In this document: piece after piece, positions 1 to 11,380 of the stretch
Numbering within the stretch: position 1 is the stretch's first letter
Layout: every line of letters begins with the position of its first letter
Assembly: GCF_001194135.2 (NCBI RefSeq)
Contig: NC_069004.1
Span: forward strand, 22,547,553 to 22,582,096
DNA: 34,544 nt
Origin: Octopus bimaculoides
Taxonomy: Eukaryota
Direction of reading: 5' to 3'
The notes under the pieces: model-generated
Database searches by the model: none
The model's input: only the letters and a program-made list of their open reading frames with translations
What the model was told of the DNA's origin: nothing
Translations under genes and position numbers: made by a program

Positions 1-13
1 ATATATATATATA

Positions 14-579
14 TATAATCATAAATATACAGGGATTAGCATGAGTTGCTTCTCCAACATACTGAGAATTTTTTCTCTAACGGATGGCGATATTTATGGC
101 ACACACAGAACAAAAAACAGAAGAGAAAAGCAAATTGGGTACCACGTTTCACGGTTAAGAGTATGAAGTTACCCTATTCCGATCTTCAGCCACAATATTC
201 GAATAAATTTGAAAGTGTCTAATAAAACTCATGTGAATTTTGACCATGCGACATCAAGACCACGTGAGGCAGGCACTTATGAAATTTATCGGCTAGTGAG
301 TTCAAAACACCCCACTCCAAAGAATCTATTCTATGTGTGTCACAAATAGTCCCGTATAGAAAAAAGTCCTGTATGAAGGGTTACGGTTTAACCATCCAAC
401 TTAGAGGCATCAAATATAAAATATACAGATATAGGGCAGGGAATCGTCAATTAGTAATAAAATTAATAATTAACAATTTTGCCGAGTAGCTCAGTATAGT
501 AGTTCTTCGACTGCTATTTCTAAATTCTCAGTATGTTGGAGAAGCAACTCATGCTAATCCCTGTATATTTATGATTATA
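14..579. repeat. Perfect 58-bp inverted repeat pair (14-71 vs 522-579)
   Basis: TATAATCATAAATATACAGGG...CATACTGAGAATTT at 14-71 is the exact reverse complement of 522-579. Confidence 0.9.
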
Positions 580-688
580 AATGGTTTTACCGATAAAGGT
601 TTTTTCATACTGAGCTACTCGGCAAAATTGTTAATTATTAATTTTATTACTAATTGACGATTCCCTGCCCTATATCTGTATATTTTAT
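416..688. repeat. Perfect 82-bp inverted repeat pair (416-497 vs 607-688), second arm runs into the gap
   Basis: ATAAAATATACAGATATAGGGCAGGG...GCCGAGTAGCTCAGTAT is the exact reverse complement of 607-688. Confidence 0.9.
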
Positions 689-1332
689 NNNNNNNNNNNN
701 NNNNNNNNNNNNNNNNNNNNNNNNNNNNNNNNNNNNNNNNNNNNNNNNNNNNNNNNNNNNNNNNNNNNNNNNNNNNNNNNNNNNNNNNNNNNNNNNNNNN
801 NNNNNNNNNNNNNNNNNNNNNNNNNNNNNNNNNNNNNNNNNNNNNNNNNNNNNNNNNNNNNNNNNNNNNNNNNNNNNNNNNNNNNNNNNNNNNNNNNNNN
901 NNNNNNNNNNNNNNNNNNNNNNNNNNNNNNNNNNNNNNNNNNNNNNNNNNNNNNNNNNNNNNNNNNNNNNNNNNNNNNNNNNNNNNNNNNNNNNNNNNNN
1001 NNNNNNNNNNNNNNNNNNNNNNNNNNNNNNNNNNNNNNNNNNNNNNNNNNNNNNNNNNNNNNNNNNNNNNNNNNNNNNNNNNNNNNNNNNNNNNNNNNNN
1101 NNNNNNNNNNNNNNNNNNNNNNNNNNNNNNNNNNNNNNNNNNNNNNNNNNNNNNNNNNNNNNNNNNNNNNNNNNNNNNNNNNNNNNNNNNNNNNNNNNNN
1201 NNNNNNNNNNNNNNNNNNNNNNNNNNNNNNNNNNNNNNNNNNNNNNNNNNNNNNNNNNNNNNNNNNNNNNNNNNNNNNNNNNNNNNNNNNNNNNNNNNNN
1301 NNNNNNNNNNNNNNNNNNNNNNNNNNNNNNNN
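689..1332. other. Assembly gap (N run); other gaps at 4051-4060, 11182-11191, 16577-17079, 18039-18048, 26888-27201
   Basis: Runs of N seen directly. The long poly-X ORFs in the track merely span these gaps. Confidence 0.99.
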
Positions 1333-1531
1333 ATGCTCTGCATTTCTTTCAGTTAATTTTAAATATAACAAAGAATTTGGTAAAATAACTTTGTTACCAT
1401 TAAGCTCATGTTAGGAACATAAATTGTGACTAAGGTTTGATGGAAGATTTTAATTCAAAACCTTTGAAAACAAGACATTTGTACTACAAAGCCAGAGGCA
1501 GTTTCAGCCTGGTTGGTATCAAAAGGGTTAA
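1333..1531. mobile_element. One end of a piggyBac-type MITE (other end lost in the gap)
   Basis: Ends in GGTATCAAAAGGGTTAA, i.e. TTAA target site plus CCCTTT-starting TIR on the minus strand, typical of piggyBac termini. Confidence 0.55.
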
Positions 1532-1543
1532 ATGATGTTGATG

Positions 1544-1591
<48 letters not shown>

Positions 1592-2139
1592 TCCAACAAA
1601 TGCCAGCATGAGAGATGGACGTTAAATGATGATGTATGTGTGTGTATATGTGTATAATTATGTGTGTGAGTGTGTGTGTATGTATCCAACTCATGCTATG
1701 TGTGTTTGTGTGTGTACATCCAACCCATGATGATTATATATATATATATATAAATTTGAAATCCCTGCAAAGTGTAGCAGTTAATTTTTAATAAATACAT
1801 ATTCATTACACATATTCACTCATATATTTGTGAGTGTTCGTGTTTACTTATGTGTTGCTATTCCAATTGATGTTCTGAAAAGTAGAAATGTAAAAGAAAT
1901 GATAGCAGTTGATATTTATAATCAATAGAGCAACATCAGTATAAGCAGCTGATTTGGCAGAACAATTTAACTTTAGTAACATCACATTTAGGTGTGTACA
2001 ATATGCATTTTTTTTTTCATGAAAAACATGATCATGAGATTTCTGCAACGTTGACTTTATTGCAGGTGCAGTTTTACAGCCTACATTGGTGAAGTTCAAA
2101 TGTTACTTTTGAGCTTATATTTTGTTTTATTTAGGATAC

Positions 2140-2300
2140 ATGAACCTGGTTTCTACACCTGGATGCCCTTTCTAATGCCAACCACTTTACAGTGTGTGCT
2201 GGGTGCTTTTAATGTGGCACTGGCTCGAGCACTTTATGTGACAATGGCATGAGCACTTTTACGTACATGGTGCTGGCTTGAGTGCTTTTTATGTGGCACT
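2140..2300 (-). mobile_element. RTE LINE 3'-tail fragment; similar short tails near 1587-1632, 10035-10310, 20085-20292, 22425-22522, 27850-27945, 29409-29680, 30080-30560, 32460-32580
   Basis: Shares the GGTTTCTA..GGATGCCCTT.CTAATGCCAACCACTTTACAG block and the (GAT/CAT)n tail with the LINE ends at 7200-7455 and 17101-17300. Confidence 0.75.
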
Positions 2301-3885
2301 ATTGTATATATATGTGTGTGTGTGTGTGTGTACTATATAGTTTATATGTTTATATGTATATGTAGTGTTTAAATACACACACATATACACACATGCATGT
2401 ATGATCTGACCAAAAAAAAAACATTGCCCTTCCATAAGCCAACCAATAACCCTTCCTTTCTTTCCCTCTTCAATCCACCACTTTTTTCTCATTCTTTTTC
2501 CCTTTCCACCTTCAACTTCACTCTTTCTCAAATCTTCTTTGTTTTTCTCTTCACTCACAAATTCTTTACCATTTTCTGTGATTCTTCATTTATATATATT
2601 TTTTTCTATGCTTTTGGAATAAGGATGAAGAAAGACTTCTCTTACTCCTGAAACAGCCAAAACTTTTTTTCTCCAGTTGCATATTATAAGCATAGAAAAT
2701 TTTAATATTTTACTCTATAAATACAATTTTTACTGATGCAAACTGCTACAGATCTTACTGGATTCTGTCCCCACCACTCCATTATATTAATGTTGTTCTT
2801 GCTTAAATTCTCACTGCCTAATCTTTCAATGTACATATGTTACAACTGTTAGTCTTTAATTTCTATCTCTCTTCTGTCTGTCTCTCCACATTCCATACCA
2901 AACATTCAGGCATGACATTAAACTTTAGTCAGGGAGAAGAATTAAGAGAGAAGGGTTTTTTTTTAATGTGGTAAAACCATGGGTAATCCTTTTTTTCTTG
3001 CTTGTTTTGTGGTAATTTGGACCCAGTATCTTATGTAGTTCTTATTTAGCACCTTGTCAACCTTTACCAACCAGTCCTCTGATCAAAAGTATTTCAGTTG
3101 TGACAGCCATGTCTTTATTTTTTTCATTTTGGCAGGTGTATCTAAGTATAAATTATAGGGGTGGACGGGTGTAGAATTATGATGTCTATCAGATCAAACG
3201 GGCACCTAGAGATTCTCTTCTGGTTGGTTTGCGGACTCAATGGTTTTTTTTTTTGATAAATCATAGGAAATATTGTTTTAGTTGGGTTTTTAGTATTGCA
3301 GGGAATTATATTTGCAAAACACTGTTTTTTTCTCTTTTTCTTGTGGTAGTGGAGGTTCTCAGCAGTGTTTGCACCAGCAACACATACATATGCATGTATA
3401 TGCATGTGTACACACACACACACACACACAAGCATTATTTATAATTATCACCTTTTCCTTGTTTCAGTCATTAGACTCTGGCTATGCTTTGTACTCCCTT
3501 GAAGGGTTTAGTAGAAAACATTGACCCCAGCACTTAGTTTTTAAAACCTAGTACTTATTTTATTGGTCTCTTTTGCCAAAGTCACAGGAACATAAACAAA
3601 CCAACACTAGTTGTCAGGCAGTGGTGGATCACAAACACAACACCACCTCCTATACATAAACCAAGCCATGTGTATTTTCTCTCATTTCAATTGCTTCATT
3701 CATTCATCTAACCTGTAATACTAACATGTACTATTTCCTAAAGCATTAGTTTTCTCTCCTGTTTCATAATGTTTTCGTCATTGTTCTCTTGTAAAAATGG
3801 TCATCGCTTGTCCGCAATGTGTCCACACATTCCTGCCCCCACCACTTATACTGGAAATCTATCCTCAATACTGGAACCCCTACAG

Positions 3886-3978
3886 AGCTCAGCCTTGCTT
3901 CTGTACCTGAAGACTTGCATACTTTCGTTCCTCCTTCACTGCCACCAACAATCGCCCACACTACTGCATACACCAAAA
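3886..3978 (+). CDS. Weak candidate coding exon, 93 nt, phase 1-1 (ELSLASVPEDLHTFVPPSLPPTIAHTTAYTK)
   Basis: CAG acceptor after a 135-nt AG-free stretch, A|GTAAAA donor, locally C-rich, P/S/T-rich peptide. An alternative longer exon from 3744/3750 is open in another frame. No homology recognised. Confidence 0.2.
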
Positions 3979-4060
3979 GTAAAATATTAGTAAATTAACA
4001 AACCACCTACCTATATATAGATAAACTTACTTGGAAATGGATGTGTGGCANNNNNNNNNN

Positions 4061-4094
<34 letters not shown>

Positions 4095-4104
<10 letters not shown>

Positions 4105-4392
4105 TATATGGGTACAGGACATCACAAAACGTAAACAACATGAAATATGAAAACAAACTTGGGTATGCGAACAATGAGAGGAATAAATGGAAAACAAGAC
4201 AAGTAACATAAAGAACAACCCATCATTAGTTGTTGGCTGTCCATCTACTTGTCATTAATTGCTTGAAATGAGGAGTAGATGGACAGCTGACAACTGATGA
4301 AGGGTCATTATGTATGTTACTTGTCTTGTTTTCCATTTGTTTCTCTCGTTGTTTATGTTTTGTGATGTCCTGTACCCGTATATGCATATATA
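4095..4392. mobile_element. Fold-back / MITE-like palindromic element in a TA run
   Basis: Left arm TGCATATATGGGTACAGGACATCACAAAAC...GGCTGTCCATCTACT pairs with right arm AGTAGATGGACAGC...GATGTCCTGTACCCGTATATGCA around a ~24-nt loop (4250-4273). The left arm has an unpaired insertion of roughly 35 nt. Confidence 0.85.
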
Positions 4393-4419
4393 TGTGTGTG
4401 TGTGTGTATTTACATTACA

Positions 4420-7400
4420 GCCAGCCCCAATAGGGGCAACAATTTTAATATGTTTGAATGATGATAGGTTAAAGTGAGAACAACTGATGTGACATGTCTG
4501 TTATCAAGCGATCATTGAAAACTTTTCAGGTGCTGAATACCATCTCTCCTTCCCATGTTCCATCCCATGTCCTTTCTCAGTTTTCAGAGTTAGCACTGTC
4601 AACGTAGGCACATTGAAAGGTAGGTCTAGCAAGATTGTAGAGATGCTTGAATGGAGGCATGTTGATGTATGTTGCGAACAAAAGATAAGGTTGGGAGGAG
4701 CTTCAGCCAGAGTCCTCACAAGCAAAGCACATAGGTATAAACTCTGCTGGGAGAGTAACAGTGACAGGGTAGGTAGTGTGCACACACCTCTTGCTGAGAA
4801 ACAGGTGGATAAGCTCATAGAGGTAGTCAGAGTGTGCAATAGTGCTTAAGCTCAGGATAGTCTTGCAGAATAGTATAGCTACAATTATCTCTGCCTATAC
4901 CCCATGAGCAGGCCTACCAAATGAAGAGAAGGACCACTTTTATGATATTCTTCTGCAGGCTACCTCAAAGACGAGAGAAAATGATCTCATCATTGTGGCT
5001 GGGGATTTCAGTGGCCATATTGGTCCCCGAAACGAAGAGGGAACAAGGCTACTGGTGTTCTGTGATGCAAATAACCTATTGATCTACAACACCAACTTAG
5101 GAAGCCAACCAGCCAGCCACCTGATAACCTACTAGTCAGGTGACTGTGTTAGCCAGATCGATTACATTCTCACCAGACAGCAGGATGCATGGTTGCTCTT
5201 AAATACAAAGACCCTCTTAGGTGAAGAATGTACAAGCATAGACTAGGATGCCAAGAAGCAGACCAATCTGGAAAAGAAGGATTTGGAAGTTTAGAGACCC
5301 TTCGTATGGTCAGAGATTTAGGGACATCCTAATTGAGAAATTTGATGAGAGGGAGGAGGAGCTACAGACTTGTGACATAGAGGGCAACTGGGAATTCCTG
5401 CGGGACAGCCTGCTGAGTGCCACAGACCAAATCTGTGGCTGGTGCAAAGTCCCATCCAGACCTAGAGTAATGTGGTGGTGGAATGATGTGGTAGACAGGG
5501 CCACTAGAACAAAGAAACAGGCCTGAAAGAGTTGGGTAGCAGGGAACTGTATCAGATAGCCAGAAGGGAAGCTAGCCAAGGGAGAAGCAGAAAAAAAGTT
5601 TGCCTATGTATAGCGATGTGAGGACCAAAGAACTGAAGTGTTTTGGATTGTAAGACAGTGTGTGTGAGAAAATTGTGATGTCATAGGAGAGAAATGTGTC
5701 CACATGAATGACGGTGCACTTGCATTAGGGTTGGAAATGCCGAATGTGGAGAATGAATGGGAGGAGGAGAGTCTGCCAAATGTTGACCCAATTGAGGGGC
5801 CAGCTACCTGAATCGACAGTTCCTTGGTAGATAAAGCAATTAAGGATATGAAGAGAGGGGAAGCCCCCTGCCCATCAGGATTCACTGCTGAGATGCTTAA
5901 AATATCTGGTGGTATGGGTTATGGTCTAGTTACCCATATTTTATATCAGATGGTTTACAAAAGAGTCATATCCAAAGACTGGTGTAACAGCACCATAGTC
6001 AACTGCTGCAAAGGTAAAGGTGATGCTTTAGAAATAATTACAGAGGTATCAAATTGTTGGACCAGGTGATGAAAGTTGCAGAGAGACTCATAGCCCAACT
6101 AATTAAGGAGAGAGTTAGCCTAGATGGTTTTGTGCCAGGGGAAGCACCACTGATGCTATATTTCTGGTAAGACAGCTGTAGGAGAAATGCATAGCCAAAG
6201 ATAAACCTCTGTACTTGGCTTTTGTTGACATGGAGAAAGCCTTTGACAGGGTCCCCTGATCCCTTATCTGGTAGCCAATGCGGAAACTAGGGATAGAAGA
6301 ATGGTTGGTTAGAGCTGTACAAGCCATGTACAGGGATGCTGTCAGTAAGGTGAGGGTTGCCAATGAGTATAGCGAAGAATTCCAGGTAGAAGTAGAGGTT
6401 CACCAAGGATCAGTCCTCAGCCCCCTCTTGTTCATCATATTCCTCCTGGCAATAACAGGAATTCAAGACGGGCTGCCCCTGGGAGCTCTTCTATGATGAC
6501 CTTGCTCTTCTAGCTGATTCACTACCAAAACTAGAGAAGTTTCAGGTGTGGAAGCAAGGTCTAGAATCAAAGGGCCTTAGAATTAACCTAGCAAAAACCA
6601 AAGTCTTAGTAAGTAGGAAGGTAAACAAATCACAAATCCCTTCAAGTAGATGGCCCTTCTCAATCTGTAGAAAAGGTATAGACAGAAACTCCATAAGATG
6701 CACCTGATGTAAGATTGGACAAACAGAAGATGCAGCAATATCAGAGGAAGGTTAATAGGGAGACTAGCTTTTGTATGTGGAAGATGCACAGGTACAATAA
6801 ATACTGGAAATGTGCAGAAAATAGACTCCATTAACTGCCAGGGAAGCAAGCTAGAGGTGGCAGATAGCTTCTGTTATCTAAGTGATCAAGTTAGTAGTGG
6901 AGGTGGATGTTCTGAGAGCATAGCTGTGAGAATAAGATTAGGTCGGGCAAGGTTCAGAGAGCTCCTACCTCTGCTGGCAACAAAGAGCCTCTCTCTCAGA
7001 GTGAAAGACAGATTGTAAGATGCCTGTGTGCGAACAGCTATGCTACATGGCAGAGAAACATGGGCTATGACAGCCAAGGACATGCATAGGTTTGAAAGAA
7101 ATGAAGCCAGTATGCCCAGGTGACTGAGATATGTGGCACATTGCTGTACTTGAGAAGAGCTACCCACCACAACAGAACTGATTTCCTAAAACCAAGGTGC
7201 CATGTAAAAAAGCATTGGTGTGGTTGTTGGTGTCACATAAGCACTAGTGCTCATGCCACATAAAACAGCACTGATGATGGTGCTATGTAAAAAGCATCCA
7301 ATAAACTCTGTAAATTGGTTGGCATTGAGAAGGGCATGCAGTTGTAGAAACCATGCCAAAACAGACTATGAAACCTGGTGCAGCCCCTGGCTTTGCCATT

Positions 7401-7455
7401 TCCTGTCAAACTGTCCAGCAAGGAAAACAAACATTAAATGTTGAGAATGATGATA
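4420..7455 (+). mobile_element. Degenerate RTE-clade LINE (APE endonuclease + reverse transcriptase), multiple stops and frameshifts, with 3' UTR and (GAT)n-like tail
   Basis: Translated motifs: STVNVGTLKGRS, IVAGDFSGHIG, SQIDYILTR (APE); YLAFVDMEKAFDRVP, VHQGSVLSPLLF, ELFY-DDLALL (YADD with one codon lost), GLRINLAKTKV, LEVADSFCYL (RT); VRTAMLHGRETWAM. 5' boundary approximate. Confidence 0.95.
6651..6787 (+). pseudogene. Decayed PHD-like C4HC3 zinc finger inside the LINE RT region
   Basis: WPFSIC-RKGIDRNSIR-CT*C-KI(frameshift)..RRC-SNIRGRL..FV-CGRC. The Cys spacing fits PHD if the decayed first Cys and the His are restored. Confidence 0.65.
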
Positions 7456-7938
7456 CAAAGTTTACCTCTTATGGAAATGCAACAGTATGAAGAAGATAAA
7501 TAAGGAGAGGAAAGTTATAGATTCCCTTCCCTCCTGGCTTTCTCTTTACTCTCTTTTCATCTGATAATTCCATTTATTTACATTGTACTCGTAGTTCCTT
7601 GCTCTTGGATTAATGGCTAATCAGCTAAACTCTGGTTTTGGCATGTTGGTTTCTGAGCTAATCATTGAGACTGTACACATCTTTCTCAAAGCTAACCTAG
7701 TTATAATGTCCCTTATTTCCTTCCATAGCTACTGGCATTAGCATAGATGTTATCATCATCATCATCAATACTGTTGTCAAGAAATTAGTAAATTATTGTT
7801 TCTAGTTTATATTCTAGTGTTGCTGGAGAATCTGATAAAAGAGATAAAATTACTAAATTACTAGTTTCAATGTAAAGAATATTGCAAGAAGTTTTGTCTA
7901 TTTTTGCTTTTTCCTGTCTTGTATTTCATTTATATTTG

Positions 7939-7977
7939 TGGTGGTGGTGGTGGTGGTGGTGGTGGTGGTGGTGGTGG
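7939..7977 (+). repeat. (TGG)13 microsatellite
   Basis: Perfect trinucleotide run; explains the poly-W ORF. Confidence 0.98.
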
Positions 7978-8428
7978 AAGGTTCTATTTTCCTCTCTGCA
8001 GTTAAAGACAAAAACTAATGAAAATGGCACCATCATTTTGTTTGTAGTTTTCTCTATTTCTCTATTTTATAATCTGGTATAATTAACTAATTACTATTCT
8101 CTTTGAGATTTCAAAGAATGTTCAGCACTAAACACTTTGAGTCTGTTTATTTTATTTATTTTCGTTGAAGTATTATTATTTACTTATCAAAATATTTAAG
8201 ACATGTGGCAGAGAACTAGCCTTGTGATTAAAGGAATCATTCATTGCCAGGCTTTGACAAGTTAATTCAACATTTTAAGTCATATTTTCAATTCTCTTCT
8301 GAACAGTAAATTTGGTTGAGGAGCCGAGTTGTAGGATGTCATGCAACTGGATACTTGTTCTTTTATCTGCCAATAACTGTGTTTAGAACAAAATGATGAT
8401 GATCATCATCAGTATTTAACATTCATAT

Positions 8429-8810
8429 GGGTGCAAGCATGGCTGTGTGGTAAGAAGCTTGCTTCCCAACCACATGGTTCCAGGTTCAGTCCCACTGCAT
8501 AGCACCTTGAGCAAGTGTCTTCTACCATAGCCTCAGGCCAACCAAAGCCTTGTGAGTGGATTTGGTAGATGGAAACTGAAAGAAGCTTGTCATATATGTA
8601 TGTGTATTTGCTCCACCACCCACTTTACTACTGATGTTGGTGTGTTTACATCCCTGTAACTTAGCAGTTCAGCATAAGAGAACAATAGAATAAGTCACCA
8701 GGCTTACAAAATAATAAAAAATAAAATAAGTACTGGGGTCAATTTGTTCAACCAATACTTCTTCAAGGCAGTGCACTAGTATGGCCACAGCATGAAACAA
8801 GTAAAAAGAT
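8429..8810 (+). mobile_element. tRNA-derived SINE, family 1
   Basis: A-box-like TGGCTGTGTGG (8440-8450), B-box-like GGTTCAGTCCC (8483-8493), core GCACCTTGAGCAAGTGTCTTCTAC, tail GAAACAAGTAAAAAGA; multiple copies in the window. Confidence 0.85.
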
Positions 8811-8831
8811 TTTAAAAAAAGCAAATTCCAT

Positions 8832-9224
8832 GTTGGCTCTAATTAAGCAGAAATCAAAGGTATTCCAACCATGACAATTCCATTTTTTTCCAATATCTAG
8901 GATTGCATTGTTCATTGTACCCCACCTTTTATAAGACAGATGTGTGTGATCTGAGAAAGATTTGGTTTCTATTTCCAGCAGATCAAATGACTCTGTAGAA
9001 GTTCCCTGTTCTGGTTCTTTAAGGTGTATGCTATTGTTGTTTAATCACAGGATAGTCCTGATTGAGTAGGCCTATCAGCAAAGGTATTCCAGTCTTTTGA
9101 AGTAAATCATATTTAGGACTGCAAATATCCTATGTAACCTTTTAAAATCCTTTTAAAGGATAGGTGGATATAATTTAAGCAAAATTTGGCTGTTATTTCT
9201 TGAACATAAAATGGCTGAGCTCTC
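8832..9224 (+). repeat. Two head-to-tail diverged copies of a ~200-bp interspersed repeat
   Basis: Both carry the ..CTGATTGAG/TAATTAAGCAG..AAAGGTATTCC...GATTTGG..TATTTC blocks also seen at 23628-24263 and 30670-30835. Confidence 0.6.
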
Positions 9225-10379
9225 TTATTGGCTTGTTGTGTATGTTATGGTGCTCCGAATTAGAGAAAAAGGAATATTGTTTCAATTTGAGATCTTAGTT
9301 GGAGAAAAAAATGGTAATAAAAGCCTCAACTTTATCTTACAGGTCATCAGCATACCCACTTCCCTTGTTTTTATATCTAATCCATTTTATGTTAGTACAG
9401 CAGACTATTACTAGTCACCAACGTGTTCAAATATCTATCTTTAATATTGCTATGGAAGCATCTTTTTATTTGTAGCCTGTATTGTTGAAATGTACTCTGT
9501 ACACATAATAAACTGGTCAATGAATTGAATGGAGATTTTGGAGTTGAGAGGACCTTTTCAGCCTTGCTAAGGATTAGCTAACTTCTGTTCAGTTATTGCT
9601 GCTATAATAAGATGTACGCACTACAATTTATAAGGTGGTTAGTGTAAGGAATGACTTCTAGCTGTAAGAATCTCATAAATTGAAATTCATGAGTGAGATG
9701 TGGTGCTTCAACTCATCTATATGGGCAGTAACTCTGAATAAGAACTAACTCGAAACATGACAACCCAGCCAATACATACTAGTATGGAAAGCAGACATAA
9801 GAGTATGATGATGAGGTTAGTATGCAAAGGAAAAGGGGCGTGCCTATGTATGGACCTTTGTAAGTTCTCCCAGATTTGTAAGATTAATGTGATTAATATT
9901 CAACTTGAATATCTTCAGTTTCAATGTCTGTAACAAAAAAAAAAAAACATGGACAGAAACAGAATTCTAAAAGATTACTGTTCTGTCTGAAGTAGAGGGA
10001 GTGATGGAAAAATATTTAGTGTGAGGACTTAGCAATGAGACACTGTAACAAGGCTGATGGGAGTTACTGTTGTGCCTCCTTGTCTTGGCATCACTTGATA
10101 GATGTAAATGAGTGTCATTGTCATACAAGTGGTGACTTTCATTTCCAATATTCTGCGAAAACATGTCTGGCCATGGGGAAATATTTCCTTACCTGCAAAC
10201 AGGTATGTGTTGGTGATACGAAGGGCATCCAACTAAAGAAAATCTGCCTCAATAAACTCTGTCCTACCCATGCAAGCTTGGAAAAGTAGATAGTAGTAAA
10301 ATGATGATCTCTCTCTCTCTCTCACACACACACACAAATAAGTAAACAAATGAAAGAAAATAGCCCTCCATACATTTAG

Positions 10380-10472
10380 TTGGAGTTCTATATATCTGGT
10401 TGATTTTGCTCTAGATTATCTTGCACGCACATTTTTAGATGGGCAGAAAGAAATATTAAAGTTGGCTTCTAG
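10380..10472 (+). CDS. Candidate host-gene internal exon, 93 nt, phase 2-2: WSSIYLVDFALDYLARTFLDGQKEILKLAS; product unidentified
   Basis: Acceptor CCCTCCATACATTTAG|, donor TAG|GTGAGA, open frame of 30 codons with an amphipathic-helix-like composition, length a multiple of 3, non-repeat sequence. Confidence 0.6.
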
Positions 10473-10654
10473 GTGAGAATATTTGAATCTCAGTTGGTCA
10501 GTTCAGGTTGCTTTAGCTTGGCAATGACAGCAAATCTTTTGTTACATATATGTGTGTATTCATTTGCTTGTGCATATTTGTCTCAGTGTCTTTGCGTTGA
10601 CACTACATGGGATGTGATGATGTTTGTCTCCTGTATGCAAAACATTCAGCAGCG

Positions 10655-11000
10655 GATCTTCTCCTCCTCCTCTTTATTCCCTGGCTGGTGACTGGAAGAG
10701 GAGGCTGTCCTTTTAAGCAATATGCAGCTGTGGGTGCTGCTGGATGATGGATTCTGGTGATGATGTTATTCCATGTTTTCCAATCCATTGTGCTGGCCTT
10801 AGCATGCTCAAGGTTGAGGCACTGCAACTTCAAGCCTTTCTCAATTTATTTCATCCATGTCTTCTTTTGTGCTGGATTCTCCTGCTGGAGATCAGCATGT
10901 GAAGAAATGGAATTAAACATCTTACATGAAAATAAAGGTGGTATCAGGAAGGCAAGTATGAGATGTTTTGGCACAGCTGTTTTAGTGCTGCCGATCTGGT
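10655..11000 (-). mobile_element. 3' end of a second RTE-like LINE family with GAG/GAA-rich tail
   Basis: Minus-strand translation PAQKKTWMK*IEKGLKLQCLNLEHAKASTMDWKTWNNII resembles the RTE C-terminal GRPKKTW...DRxxW pattern; followed by AAGAGGAGGAGGAGAAGA. Confidence 0.6.
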
Positions 11001-11109
11001 GTCACCAATTTGATGAATACTTATTTGACACTAGCTGTTTTAATGTTTCTCTTGCATTCATGTTTCTCTCATTCTCTCTCTCTCCCTCTCAACATCTAGT
11101 TATGTTTGT

Positions 11110-11349
11110 ATTTCTTTTCTTGTTTCAGTCATTTGACTGTGGCCATGCTGGAGCACTGCCTTTATAGTTGAGCTATTCGACNNNNNNNNNNGTGGCCATG
11201 CTGGAGCACTGCCTTTATAGTTGAGCTATTCGACCCCAGAGCTTATTCTTTGTAAGCCTAGTACTTATTCTATCTGTCTCTTTTGTTGAACCGCTAAGTT
11301 ACGGGGACGCAAACACACCAGCATCAATTTTCAAGTGATACTGGGGGGA

Positions 11350-11380
<31 letters not shown>

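Noticed and set aside
41-350. Frame with a single stop over about 100 codons
   Set aside because: No recognisable motif; higher GC lowers stop frequency, and the start lies inside the inverted-repeat arm.
615-1388. Long ORFs of 228-244 aa (also 16464-17303 and 26857-27271)
   Set aside because: Almost entirely translated N-gaps.
7200-7300. Short ~30-bp repeated units (also 2205-2300) as a CRISPR-like array
   Set aside because: Degenerate internal repeats of the LINE 3' UTR in a eukaryotic context; no constant repeat with unique spacers.
9497-9580. Peptide GVERTFSALLRIS resembling the hAT dimerisation motif
   Set aside because: Flanking residues do not match, the frame is short and stop-bounded, and there are no other hAT features.
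9728-9760. CTGAATAAG...CTCGAAAC hammerhead-like core
   Set aside because: Core deviates from CUGAnGA, and stems I and III cannot be formed.
11139-11234. Exact 43-bp duplication on both sides of a 10-N gap
   Set aside because: Typical unmerged contig overlap, not a biological duplication; the same applies to the microsatellite mirrored across 18039-18048.
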